Assembly (NCBI GenBank): GCA_039683615.1
Contig: JBDKRA010000045.1
Location: 133,704-197,703 of the forward strand
Origin: Phycisphaerae bacterium
Lineage (GTDB): Bacteria; Planctomycetota; Phycisphaerae; SM23-33
Direction: 5' to 3'
Length of the DNA: 64,000 bases
Below the pieces are notes generated by a model that ran no database searches, was not told where the DNA came from, and was given only the letters and a program-made list of their open reading frames with translations. The translations under genes were made by a program, and so were the position numbers. Positions 45,708 through 54,475 of the stretch are shown one piece after another. The stretch's first letter is position 1. Every line of letters starts with the position of its first letter.

Positions 45708-48700
45708 ATGCGATGGGTCCACACAATCCGCAAGCATCTGCCGCGCCGCAAGAGGTTGTGGCGCTATGTCTCGCTGCGCCGCCAAGGGGCAGGGCTGCTG
45801 ATCTGGCTGGCGATGATCGCCATGATCTACGGCTACTGGCGCGTCACCAACAACGACCGCGTCTGCAAGCAGGCCGCCGCCTACCTTCGCAAAATCACCG
45901 GCGCGCACGTCACCATCGACTCGGCCGAGTTCAACCTCTTCGGTCCCATCGAGCTCAACGGCGTGCGGATCTTCACGCGCGATCCGGCCGGCAACGAATC
46001 GTCGCAGCCGCTGCTGGCGGCGGCCAGCGTCGTGCTCCAGCACCGCCCGTGGCCGCTGCTGTTCCAGGGGCGCGTCAGCCCCAGCGAGATCCGCTTCGTC
46101 GAGCCGCCGGACATCGTCATCGAGCACTACAGCGACGTCAAGGCGCCCCGTGCGGCGTACAACTTTCAACGCCTCGGTCCCGAGACCGGCCAGACCGACG
46201 CGTCGACCCCGACGGTCCTGGGCGAGGATTTCCCAAGGATCTACATCAGCGACTGCCACCTGCGCGTCATGGAAGTCACCGGCAACAGCCGCGTGACCAT
46301 GAAGCAGACGCGCTGGAACATCGCCATCGAGCCCCGGAACAACAGCCAATTGACCGTCACTATCGAGCCGCACCGCGACGCCGTCGAGCAGGTCCTCAAC
46401 CGCCTGCACCAGGGCGGATTGACGCCCCGGCAGACGGCGGCCTTTCTCGCCCTGCCGCACGATCAGCGCGGCCGCGAGACGGACCTTCTCTCGCGCGGAC
46501 GCAGCGAGTTGGCGCCGATCCTGACCGAGTTAGACCAGGCGTATGAGGCCGCCCACGGCGGGGTTCTTTCCATCGCCGTGGATGTCTCCAACGGCGCCTT
46601 TCGTCCGCTGCCGGGCTCGGGGGCGTGGATCCCCTCGCTCGTCGACGCCCTGCCCAAGAAGTACCAGGAACTGCGCGAGCAGTTCGCGGTGGAGGGGCGG
46701 CTGCAGGTGCGATCCAGTTCCGGGCGGCCGGATGAGGAAGACCTCGAGATCGAGCTGCTGGGCGCGTCGCTGCAGATTCCCAGCGCCCCTGCCCAGGCGT
46801 CCACGGCGCCGGCGTCGCGAAAGCCCACCCCACCCCTGCTGACGCTGCGAAACGTTCGCGGCGTGCTCAAGTTCGACGCCAAAGGCCTGAGCTTCCAGGA
46901 CGTCACCGGCCAGATTCGCGAGGCCGGCGACGGGCGGTTCAGACTCTCCGGGCGCTACGGCGGTTTTGAACTCAACAGCCCCTTTCACGTGAACATCGAG
47001 GCCCAGGACATCCAGGTGCCGCGAGATCTGCCCGGCGACAACGCCCTGTCCGATCTGACGGCGATGATCCAGAAATGGTACGCCCCCATCGGCACGATGA
47101 ACCTGGAGATGCGCATGGAGCGTCCGGCTGGCGGATCCATCGCCGTCAACGGCTCGCTGGCGCCCAGGAACATGTCGTTCCAGCACCTTTACTTTCCCTA
47201 CCGGGCCGAGAAGGCCAACGGGACCATTGAGTTCAACAACTCTACTGTGCGCATGAAGAACATCACCTGCCAGCGCAACGGCGGGCGCACGGTCATCAAC
47301 GGCACGGCGAATCTCCTGTCGCAGGGGCGCGAGTACGACGTGACCATCCAGTCGGAAGAGGTGCCCTGCGATGCCGATCTGCGCGAGGCGCTGCCGCGGT
47401 CGTGGCGTGAGTTCTGGGGGCTGTTCAGCCCGCAGGGCCTGGTCGCCACCCGCGTGCGCGTGCACCAGACGATGGAAGACCCCGGCGAGCAGATCGAGGT
47501 GGACATCAACGCCGACGGACGCGTGTCGATGGAGTACGGCGGGTTCCCCTACCGCCTGGACAACCTCATCGGCAGCATCCACGCCAAGGGCGGCGACATC
47601 ATGATCGAACACCTGCGAGGGCGGCGCGGCAAGATGCAGTGCCGCATCAGCGGGTTCATCACCGGCGCCGGCGGCAGCGATCCGCAGATCGATGTCGCCG
47701 CACGAACCATCGAAGGCTATCCGATGGCGCTGGATGCGGCCTTGCTCAACGCCCTGAGCCCCCACTCCCGCGCGCTGGCACGCGGCCTGAACCTGACGGG
47801 CTCGTTCGACGCCGCCATCCGCGCCCGGCGCGAGAGCGGCCAGCCGCTGCACTACAGCGTCAGCGGCGATCTGTCCAACGCCGCCGTCAAGCCCGAGGCC
47901 TTCCCCTATGCCATCTCGCAGATTTCGGCGCACGTCGAGATCGGACCGGACACGATGGTCATCTCCGATTTCCAGGGCCGCCACGGCGAGGCCCCCATCA
48001 CGCTGGCGAAACCGGCGACGGTCTACCTGACGGAAAAGCCCGGCGCGTCGCTGGAGGTCGCCACCGGACAGTTGCCGCTGGACATGGACCTCTACACCGC
48101 CCTGCCGCCGGCGGCGGCCAGGATCTGGGACTACTTCTCCCCCGCCGGCCAGGCAGCGATGAGCCTGTCGCTGCGGTACAACACGCCCATGAACCCCGGC
48201 GCGACGGACTACGCCTTGACGATCGTCCCGCGCGGAGGGCGGGCGCTGTGCCGCGACTTCCCCGCGCCCCTGAGCGACATCAGCGGGCAGATCGTCGCGG
48301 CCCCCGGACGCATCGTCCTGAACAACGTCGCCGCCCGCAGCGGCAGCGGGCACGGCAGCGTCAATGTCAACGGCACGGTCACTTACAACGACCGCTCGAC
48401 CGAGGCGGCCCTTTCGGTCCAGGCGCAGGGCATCGATCTGACGGCGTCGGTGCTGGCGGCGATGCCGCGGGGGCTGGGCAAACTGGCCGGGCAACTCCAT
48501 CCCGGTGGAACGGTCAGCGCGAATCTGTCGAAGCTGAATGTGACGATGGCCGCGCCGCCGGCGGCGGCGGGAAAAACCTCGCCCGCCGCAGCGCAGCAGC
48601 TGACGGAATGGTCGGCCGCCGGAGCGATGAGCTTCCAGAACGCCCTGATCCAGATGGGTCTGCAGGACCGCCACTTCAGCGGGGGGCTCAGCGGCTCGGC

Positions 48701-49487
48701 GTCGTATAGCGCCAAGGGCCTGAGCCTGGACACGCAGATGTCGGTCGACCGCCTGCTGGTGGGGTCGCGTGAGATCACCAACGTCCAGGCCCGCCTGATG
48801 AAGAACGCCGCGACGCCGCTGGTGCAGCTCAAGGATTTCTGCGGCGAGGCGTATGGCGGGAAGATGGCCGGCCAGGCCGAGATCAAGCTGGCCGACTCCG
48901 CGCAGTACGCCGTGAGCCTCTCGGTCGAGGATGTGCGTCTCGAGGACCTCGTGCGCATCGAGACGCCTCAGGGGCGCGAGGCGCCGGACGTGGCCGGGCT
49001 GCTGACGGGCAATATCCAGGTCACCGGCGAGCTCAACAACGAGACCGCCACGCAGGCCTCCGGCGTCGTGCGCATCAGCAAGGCCAAGATCCTTAAACTG
49101 CCCGTCATGCTCGGGCTGCTGCGGGTCATCACGCTCAACCTGCCCGGGGAGTCGGCCTTTACCGATGGCAACGTCGTCTACCGCCTCAAGGGCAAGCAGC
49201 TCGTCTTCGACGAGATCTACCTCAGCGGACCGGCCATGACGATCGTCGGCTCGGGCAGGCTGAACATGGAGACGCGGGCCTTGAAGCTGCGGTTCCTCTC
49301 GGGCCCGCACCGCAACCTGCCGCGCCTGCAGTTCCTCGAGGGATTCTTCAAAGGCATGATGGGCGATACCGGCGAGATCGACATCGACGGGACCATCGAC
49401 CGTCCGGAAATCAAAACCATCCCCATGCGCAGTCTCGACACGTTCATCAAACAACTCCTCCGCCCCGACCATCGCGACGGCGAGTGA
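45708..49487 (+). CDS. large N-terminally membrane-anchored AsmA/TamB-like protein
   Basis: 1259 aa. One N-terminal TM (LLIWLAMIAMIYGYW), long beta-rich body, and a C-terminal region resembling the AsmA C-terminus. Start at MRWV (45708) is preferred over the track start 45552, which overlaps the upstream gene. Confidence 0.4.
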   Translation: MRWVHTIRKHLPRRKRLWRYVSLRRQGAGLLIWLAMIAMIYGYWRVTNNDRVCKQAAAYLRKITGAHVTIDSAEFNLFGPIELNGVRIFTRDPAGNESSQPLLAAASVVLQHRPWPLLFQGRVSPSEIRFVEPPDIVIEHYSDVKAPRAAYNFQRLGPETGQTDASTPTVLGEDFPRIYISDCHLRVMEVTGNSRVTMKQTRWNIAIEPRNNSQLTVTIEPHRDAVEQVLNRLHQGGLTPRQTAAFLALPHDQRGRETDLLSRGRSELAPILTELDQAYEAAHGGVLSIAVDVSNGAFRPLPGSGAWIPSLVDALPKKYQELREQFAVEGRLQVRSSSGRPDEEDLEIELLGASLQIPSAPAQASTAPASRKPTPPLLTLRNVRGVLKFDAKGLSFQDVTGQIREAGDGRFRLSGRYGGFELNSPFHVNIEAQDIQVPRDLPGDNALSDLTAMIQKWYAPIGTMNLEMRMERPAGGSIAVNGSLAPRNMSFQHLYFPYRAEKANGTIEFNNSTVRMKNITCQRNGGRTVINGTANLLSQGREYDVTIQSEEVPCDADLREALPRSWREFWGLFSPQGLVATRVRVHQTMEDPGEQIEVDINADGRVSMEYGGFPYRLDNLIGSIHAKGGDIMIEHLRGRRGKMQCRISGFITGAGGSDPQIDVAARTIEGYPMALDAALLNALSPHSRALARGLNLTGSFDAAIRARRESGQPLHYSVSGDLSNAAVKPEAFPYAISQISAHVEIGPDTMVISDFQGRHGEAPITLAKPATVYLTEKPGASLEVATGQLPLDMDLYTALPPAAARIWDYFSPAGQAAMSLSLRYNTPMNPGATDYALTIVPRGGRALCRDFPAPLSDISGQIVAAPGRIVLNNVAARSGSGHGSVNVNGTVTYNDRSTEAALSVQAQGIDLTASVLAAMPRGLGKLAGQLHPGGTVSANLSKLNVTMAAPPAAAGKTSPAAAQQLTEWSAAGAMSFQNALIQMGLQDRHFSGGLSGSASYSAKGLSLDTQMSVDRLLVGSREITNVQARLMKNAATPLVQLKDFCGEAYGGKMAGQAEIKLADSAQYAVSLSVEDVRLEDLVRIETPQGREAPDVAGLLTGNIQVTGELNNETATQASGVVRISKAKILKLPVMLGLLRVITLNLPGESAFTDGNVVYRLKGKQLVFDEIYLSGPAMTIVGSGRLNMETRALKLRFLSGPHRNLPRLQFLEGFFKGMMGDTGEIDIDGTIDRPEIKTIPMRSLDTFIKQLLRPDHRDGE

Positions 49488-49616
49488 TTCTCGTCGTCAG
49501 GTTTTTCCCCTCATCGTCCTGGGTTCTTGAGGACGACGATGAGGACGCGTACGAAACAACAATTCCATCATCAGGTTTTGCTCGTTATCATGTCCGCACC
49601 TTAAGGAGATTCTTCC

Positions 49617-50489
49617 ATGGCGAAAGTCGGCATTATCGGCGGTAGCGGGCTCGGCGACGCTTTGCTGGGACAGACGAAAGGCACATCGGTCGAGATGGAC
49701 ACGCCTTTCGGCAAACCCTCCGACGCGATCGTGCAGACGGCGTGGCAGGGCGTCGATATCGCCATCATCAACCGCCACGGCAGCGGGCACATGATCAATC
49801 CCTCGCGCGTGAACTACCGCGCTAACATTTACGCCCTCAAGGCCCTGGGCTGCACGCACGTGATCGCCTCGGGGGCCGTCGGCTCGCTGCGCGAACAGAT
49901 CGCCCCCAAGCACCTGGTCATCCCCGACCAGGTCATCGACAAGACCTTCCGCCGCGAGCAGACGTTCTACGACGATCTGGCCGCGCACCTGGAGTTTGCC
50001 GCGCCCTTCTGCCCCGTGCTGCGAAAGCACCTGCTGGGCTGCGCCCCCGCCGTCAAGACCACCGTGCACGACGGCGGCTGCTACGTGTGCATGGAGGGCC
50101 CGGCGTTTTCGACCCGCGCTGAAAGCGAGATGCACCGGCTCTGGGGCGGCGACCTGATCGGCATGACGGCCATGCCCGAAGCCAAGCTCGCCCGCGAAGC
50201 GGAAATGGCCTACGCGCTGGTGTGCCTGCCCAGCGACTACGACTGCTGGCGCCCGGCCCCGCAGGCCTTGGACAAGCACGAGTTGCTCAAGGAAATCATC
50301 GGCAACCTGACGCAGGCCACCGCCAACGCCATCGAGCTGATCAAGGCCGCGGTCGCGTCCTTCAAGACTATCGCCGACATCCCCTCGCCCTCGCACACTG
50401 CGATGGAAATGGCCGTCTGGTCCGACCGATCGAGGATCTCGCCCGAGGCGCGCAAGCGGTATGGTGTGCTGATCGGGAGGTACTTATAA
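49617..50489 (+). CDS. mtnP: S-methyl-5'-thioadenosine phosphorylase
   Basis: AAGGAG upstream. MAKVGIIGGSGL, NRHGSGH and the PNP/MTAP family 2 fold throughout. Confidence 0.8.
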   Translation: MAKVGIIGGSGLGDALLGQTKGTSVEMDTPFGKPSDAIVQTAWQGVDIAIINRHGSGHMINPSRVNYRANIYALKALGCTHVIASGAVGSLREQIAPKHLVIPDQVIDKTFRREQTFYDDLAAHLEFAAPFCPVLRKHLLGCAPAVKTTVHDGGCYVCMEGPAFSTRAESEMHRLWGGDLIGMTAMPEAKLAREAEMAYALVCLPSDYDCWRPAPQALDKHELLKEIIGNLTQATANAIELIKAAVASFKTIADIPSPSHTAMEMAVWSDRSRISPEARKRYGVLIGRYL

Positions 50490-50535
50490 CGAGCACGACT
50501 GATCGTGCTCGTACTTCCTCGCCACCGGGCCGGCG

Positions 50536-50832
50536 TTACCTGGCCCGGTATCCGTATCCGGGCGTATACGTGTAGCCGTTATTGAAGGTATTGATCTGGA
50601 GCGAGGCGGAGGGCAGAGCCGTCGCGCCGCCGTTGTAGACGCCAACGGTGGACGTACGCGGCGCCGGCGGCGCTGTGGTAACTTGCGAAAGGGACGTTCC
50701 GACCCGCTGGGCGGTAACCTGTGGAGCCGTCACCTGCTGGGCGACAACCTGCTGGCCTTGCGCCGCGGCGGGAGCAATCAAAATCAGTGCCAGGATCGAA
50801 CCCGCCACGCTGTAAACCAGGATATTCTTCAT
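50536..50832 (-). CDS. small secreted protein (signal peptide, QQV-rich, Tyr/Gly C-terminus), hypothetical
   Basis: AGGA 8 nt and TATAAT about 28 nt upstream of the ATG. Signal peptide MKNILVYSVAGSILALILIAPAAA. Mature part QGQQVVAQQVTAPQVTAQRV...YTYTPGYGYRAR. Confidence 0.45.
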   Translation of the reverse strand: MKNILVYSVAGSILALILIAPAAAQGQQVVAQQVTAPQVTAQRVGTSLSQVTTAPPAPRTSTVGVYNGGATALPSASLQINTFNNGYTYTPGYGYRAR

Positions 50833-50835
50833 CGT

Positions 50836-50866
50836 ACTGTCCTTTGCCCCTCTTAAGATATTATAG
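50836..50866 (-). promoter_or_regulatory. putative sigma-70-type promoter (-10 TATAAT) and SD for the small secreted protein gene
   Basis: Minus-strand sequence gtccTATAATatcttaagaggggcaaAGGAcagtacgATG. The -10 hexamer is the complement of 50860-50865. Confidence 0.4.
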
Positions 50867-50956
50867 GACTTCTGCCTGAGACGGCCACGGAAATTGTCTT
50901 CTGCCTGCCACGGGCCTCTGTGCCGCCGGCCACAAATGTGCTATGCTTGACCGACC

Positions 50957-52387
50957 ATGTTTGAGTCACTAACAGAACGGCTTACCGGCGTTATCCGCAA
51001 GATGTCGGGGCGCGGGCGCATTACCGAGGCCAACGTCTCCGAGGCCATGCGCGACGTCCGCCGCGCGCTGCTGGAAGCCGACGTGCACTACAAGGTCGCC
51101 ACCGACTTCTGCGAAAGCGTTCAGGCCAAGGCCGTCGGCACCGAGGTGCTCCAGAGCCTCCACCCCGGCCAACTCATGGTCAAGATCGTCCACGACGAGT
51201 TGGTGTCCCTGATGGGCCCCGTCGACACGCGCATCTATTACGTCAGCCCGCCCCCCACCGTCATCATGATGGCCGGCCTGCAGGGCTCGGGCAAAACCAC
51301 CACCTGCGGCAAGCTCGCGCGGTTCATCCTCGCCCAGGGCAAACACCCGTTGCTGGTGGCGTGCGACCTGCAGCGCCCGGCGGCCGTGGACCAGTTGTCC
51401 GTCGTCGCCGAGCAGGTGGGCGTGCCGTGCTTCAAGATCGAGGGCGAAAAGAACCCCGTCAAGGTCGCCCGCAAGAGCCTCGACTGGGCCTTGGCCAACG
51501 AACGCGACGTGGTGATCGTCGACACGGCCGGGCGCCTGCACATCGACGAAGAGATGATGCAGCAGGCCGCCGACATCGCCAAGGCCGTCAACCCCCACCA
51601 GATCTATCTCGTCTGCGACGCGATGACCGGGCAGGACGCCGTCAACTCCGCCAAGGAGTTCAACGAGCGCCTCGAACTCGACGGCGTGATTCTGACCAAG
51701 TTCGACTCCGACGCCCGCGGCGGCGCGGCGCTGTCGGTCAAGGCCGTCACCGGCAAGCCCATCAAGTTCATCGGCGTGGGCGAGAAGCTCGACCGCCTCG
51801 AAGAGTTCCACCCCGACCGGATGGCCGGGCGCATCCTGGGCATGGGCGACGTCGTCACGCTGGTCGAAAAGGCCCAGCAGCAGTTCGACGCCGAACAGGC
51901 CGCCAAGATGCAGGAGAAGATGGCCAAGGGCCGCTTCACCCTGACGGACTTCCTGGCCCAGATCAAGCAGATGCAGAAGATGGGTCCGCTGAAGGAACTG
52001 CTCAAGATGATGCCCGGTATGGGCGAGCAGATGGAAGCGATGCAGATGGACGGGGACGAGTTGGCGTCGATGGAGGCGATTATCCACTCGATGACCGTCA
52101 AGGAGCGGGAAGACCCCAGCACGATCGAAGCCTCGCGCCGCCGCCGCATCGCTCGAGGGTCCGGCACCGACCCACAGGACGTCTCCGGTCTGGTCAAGAG
52201 CTTTGAACAGGCTGCCGCCATGATGAAACAGATGGCGGGCAAAGATCAGGCGGGGCGCATGAAGATGGCGCAGCAGTTCTCCCAAATCGCCGGCGCCGGC
52301 GGGGTTCCGCGATTCAAGGTCAAGCAGCGCTCCAAGCGTCTGACCAAGAAGGATCGCGAAAAACGAAACAAACGCAAACGCCGGTAG
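50957..52387 (+). CDS. ffh: signal recognition particle protein Ffh
   Basis: GLQGSGKTTTCGKLA (GTPase P-loop), DTAGRL, and a Met-rich M-domain (MQKMGPLKELLKMMPGMG). Confidence 0.9.
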   Translation: MFESLTERLTGVIRKMSGRGRITEANVSEAMRDVRRALLEADVHYKVATDFCESVQAKAVGTEVLQSLHPGQLMVKIVHDELVSLMGPVDTRIYYVSPPPTVIMMAGLQGSGKTTTCGKLARFILAQGKHPLLVACDLQRPAAVDQLSVVAEQVGVPCFKIEGEKNPVKVARKSLDWALANERDVVIVDTAGRLHIDEEMMQQAADIAKAVNPHQIYLVCDAMTGQDAVNSAKEFNERLELDGVILTKFDSDARGGAALSVKAVTGKPIKFIGVGEKLDRLEEFHPDRMAGRILGMGDVVTLVEKAQQQFDAEQAAKMQEKMAKGRFTLTDFLAQIKQMQKMGPLKELLKMMPGMGEQMEAMQMDGDELASMEAIIHSMTVKEREDPSTIEASRRRRIARGSGTDPQDVSGLVKSFEQAAAMMKQMAGKDQAGRMKMAQQFSQIAGAGGVPRFKVKQRSKRLTKKDREKRNKRKRR

Positions 52388-52404
52388 GCGCCGATTCTTC
52401 CGGT

Positions 52405-52440
52405 AAAAGCCCCTGGGTTGTAACCCAGGGGCTTTTGATG
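52405..52440 (+). terminator. rho-independent terminator after ffh
   Basis: AAAAGCCCCTGGG-ttgtaa-CCCAGGGGCTTTT. A perfect 13-bp stem with the A/U flank included, followed by TTTTG. Confidence 0.6.
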
Positions 52441-52471
52441 TAATCTCACGCCCACCTCAGGAGCAGGCACA

Positions 52472-53359
52472 ATGAAAATCGGCGTGATGGTTGAATCATT
52501 CCGCGAAGGTCTCGACGGCGGACTCTACGCCGCCGCGGACATCGGCGCGCAAGGCGTGCAGATGTACGCCACCGCCGGCGAGACGCATCCGCGCACGCTC
52601 AAGGGAACCAGAAGGCGCGACCTGCTCAAGAAGACGCAGGACTTGGGTCTCGAGTTCGCGGCGATCTGCGGCGACTTCGGCGGGCACGGGTTCGAGATCG
52701 CACAAGACAACGCCAGACGCGTCGACGACTCGCGCCGCGTCGCGGAACTCGCCCTGGACCTGAGTTGCCGCGTCGTCACCACGCACATCGGTGTGCTGCC
52801 GACGGTCGGCATGCCCCGCCCCGACCGAGAACCGGATCGCAAGAACCCGCGATGGGGCGTCATGCTCGACGCCTGCCGCAAGCTAGCTGCCGCCGGAAAA
52901 GACATGGGCGCCACCTTCGCCATCGAGACCGGCCCCGAACCCGCGGCGGTTCTCAAAAGCTTTCTCGACGAAGTCGCCGTCGGCGGGGGCATCAGCGTAA
53001 ACTTCGACCCGGCGAATCTGGCGATGGTCATCGCCGAGGACATTCCCGCCGCGACGACGACCCTGGGGCCCTATATCGTCCACACGCACGCCAAGGACGG
53101 GCTCAACCTCAAGCCCTGCGACGCCGAAGCACTCTACGGCGCATTCGCCGAGGCGGGCATCGCGGCATTCGATGTCAGCGAGTTTATCCGCGAAGTGCCG
53201 CTGGGCCAGGGGGCAGTGCCGTGGGCGGCGTACCTGGCCGCGCTGAAAGCGGCAAAGTACGATTACTATTTGACCGTCGAACGCGAGGTCGGCCGCGAAC
53301 CGCGAACCGACATCGAACTGGCCGTCAAGTTTCTGACCGACCTGCTCAAGAATTCGTAA
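52472..53359 (+). CDS. sugar phosphate isomerase/epimerase (xylose-isomerase-like TIM barrel)
   Basis: 295 aa. AP_endonuc_2-like pattern with metal-binding H/D/E positions (THIG..., FDPANL, HTHAKD). Confidence 0.65.
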   Translation: MKIGVMVESFREGLDGGLYAAADIGAQGVQMYATAGETHPRTLKGTRRRDLLKKTQDLGLEFAAICGDFGGHGFEIAQDNARRVDDSRRVAELALDLSCRVVTTHIGVLPTVGMPRPDREPDRKNPRWGVMLDACRKLAAAGKDMGATFAIETGPEPAAVLKSFLDEVAVGGGISVNFDPANLAMVIAEDIPAATTTLGPYIVHTHAKDGLNLKPCDAEALYGAFAEAGIAAFDVSEFIREVPLGQGAVPWAAYLAALKAAKYDYYLTVEREVGREPRTDIELAVKFLTDLLKNS

Positions 53360-53386
53360 GACCGACAGCAAACGAAAGAGGATTCT

Positions 53387-54463
53387 ATGGACAAGATCAA
53401 GATCGGCGTTATCGGCACCGGCACGATGGGCAACTGCCACGCGGGCAATTTCTCCCAGTATCCTGACTTCCAGCTCACCGCCCTGTGCGACATCGATAAA
53501 GCCGCACTGCAGCGCACGGCCGAAAAGTACAACATCACGCAGACCTACACAGACTACCGAAAGCTCCTGAGCAGCGCCGATGTGGACGCCGTGGTCGTCC
53601 CCCTGCCCAACTATCTCCACGCCCCGGTGACGATCGCCGCCCTGGAGGCGGGCAAGCACGTCCTGTGCGAAAAGCCGATGACCGTCTCGGTCGCCGACGC
53701 CAAGGCGATGGTCGCCGCGGCCGTCAGGGCGCGTCGGAAAGGCTTGGCCCTGCAGATCGGCGTGGTCTGGCGTCAGGACGGCCGTGCGATGACGATCAAG
53801 AAGCTCATCGACAGCGGCAAGCTGGGCGAGATCTATCACGTCCGCGCCACGCTGATCCGCCGGCGCGGGATCCCGGGCCTGGGCGGGTGGTTCACGACGC
53901 TCAAGAAGTCCGGCGGCGGCGCCGTGATGGATATCGGCGTGCACTGGATCGACCTGGCGATGTACGTCTCGGGCCTGTGGAAGGCCACCGCCGTCAGCGC
54001 CGCCAACTACGCCAAGTTCGGCCCGCTGATGAAGGGCTATCACTTTGGCGGCATGTGGGCGGGTCCGCCGCGCTACGACGGCACGTTCGACGTGGAAGAT
54101 TACACCACCGGCTTGGTGCGTTTCGGCAAGAGCGCCACGCTGAACTTCAACATCGCCTGGGCGGTCAACGGTCCCGATGCGGGCTTCATCGAGTTCAACG
54201 GCACCAAGGGCGGAGCCGTCTTCACCCCCGGCGGCGACAAGGTCACGATCTTCACCGAGCAGAAGAATCAGCCCGCCAACGTCGAAGTGCCCGTGATCTC
54301 CACCGAAGAATTTTTCACGCGCCAGGCGCGCCTGTTCGCGGCCGCCTGCCGCGGCAAAGGCCAGGTGCCCGCCACGCCCGAGCAAGGCCTCGACGTCGTG
54401 CGCGTGCTGACGGCCATCAACGCCTCCGCCAAGGCCGGCAAGGAAGTGTCCCCCGCCAGGTAA
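53387..54463 (+). CDS. Gfo/Idh/MocA-family NAD(P)-dependent oxidoreductase
   Basis: MDKIKIGVIGTGTMGNCHA (Rossmann), EKP motif (LCEKPM), and a C-terminal alpha/beta domain. Confidence 0.75.
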   Translation: MDKIKIGVIGTGTMGNCHAGNFSQYPDFQLTALCDIDKAALQRTAEKYNITQTYTDYRKLLSSADVDAVVVPLPNYLHAPVTIAALEAGKHVLCEKPMTVSVADAKAMVAAAVRARRKGLALQIGVVWRQDGRAMTIKKLIDSGKLGEIYHVRATLIRRRGIPGLGGWFTTLKKSGGGAVMDIGVHWIDLAMYVSGLWKATAVSAANYAKFGPLMKGYHFGGMWAGPPRYDGTFDVEDYTTGLVRFGKSATLNFNIAWAVNGPDAGFIEFNGTKGGAVFTPGGDKVTIFTEQKNQPANVEVPVISTEEFFTRQARLFAAACRGKGQVPATPEQGLDVVRVLTAINASAKAGKEVSPAR

Positions 54464-54475
54464 CCGGCGCGGGGC

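Noticed and set aside
49489-49553. Possible terminator hairpin after the AsmA-like gene
   Set aside because: Stem is imperfect, and the T-run precedes rather than follows it on the + strand. Orientation is wrong for either flanking gene.
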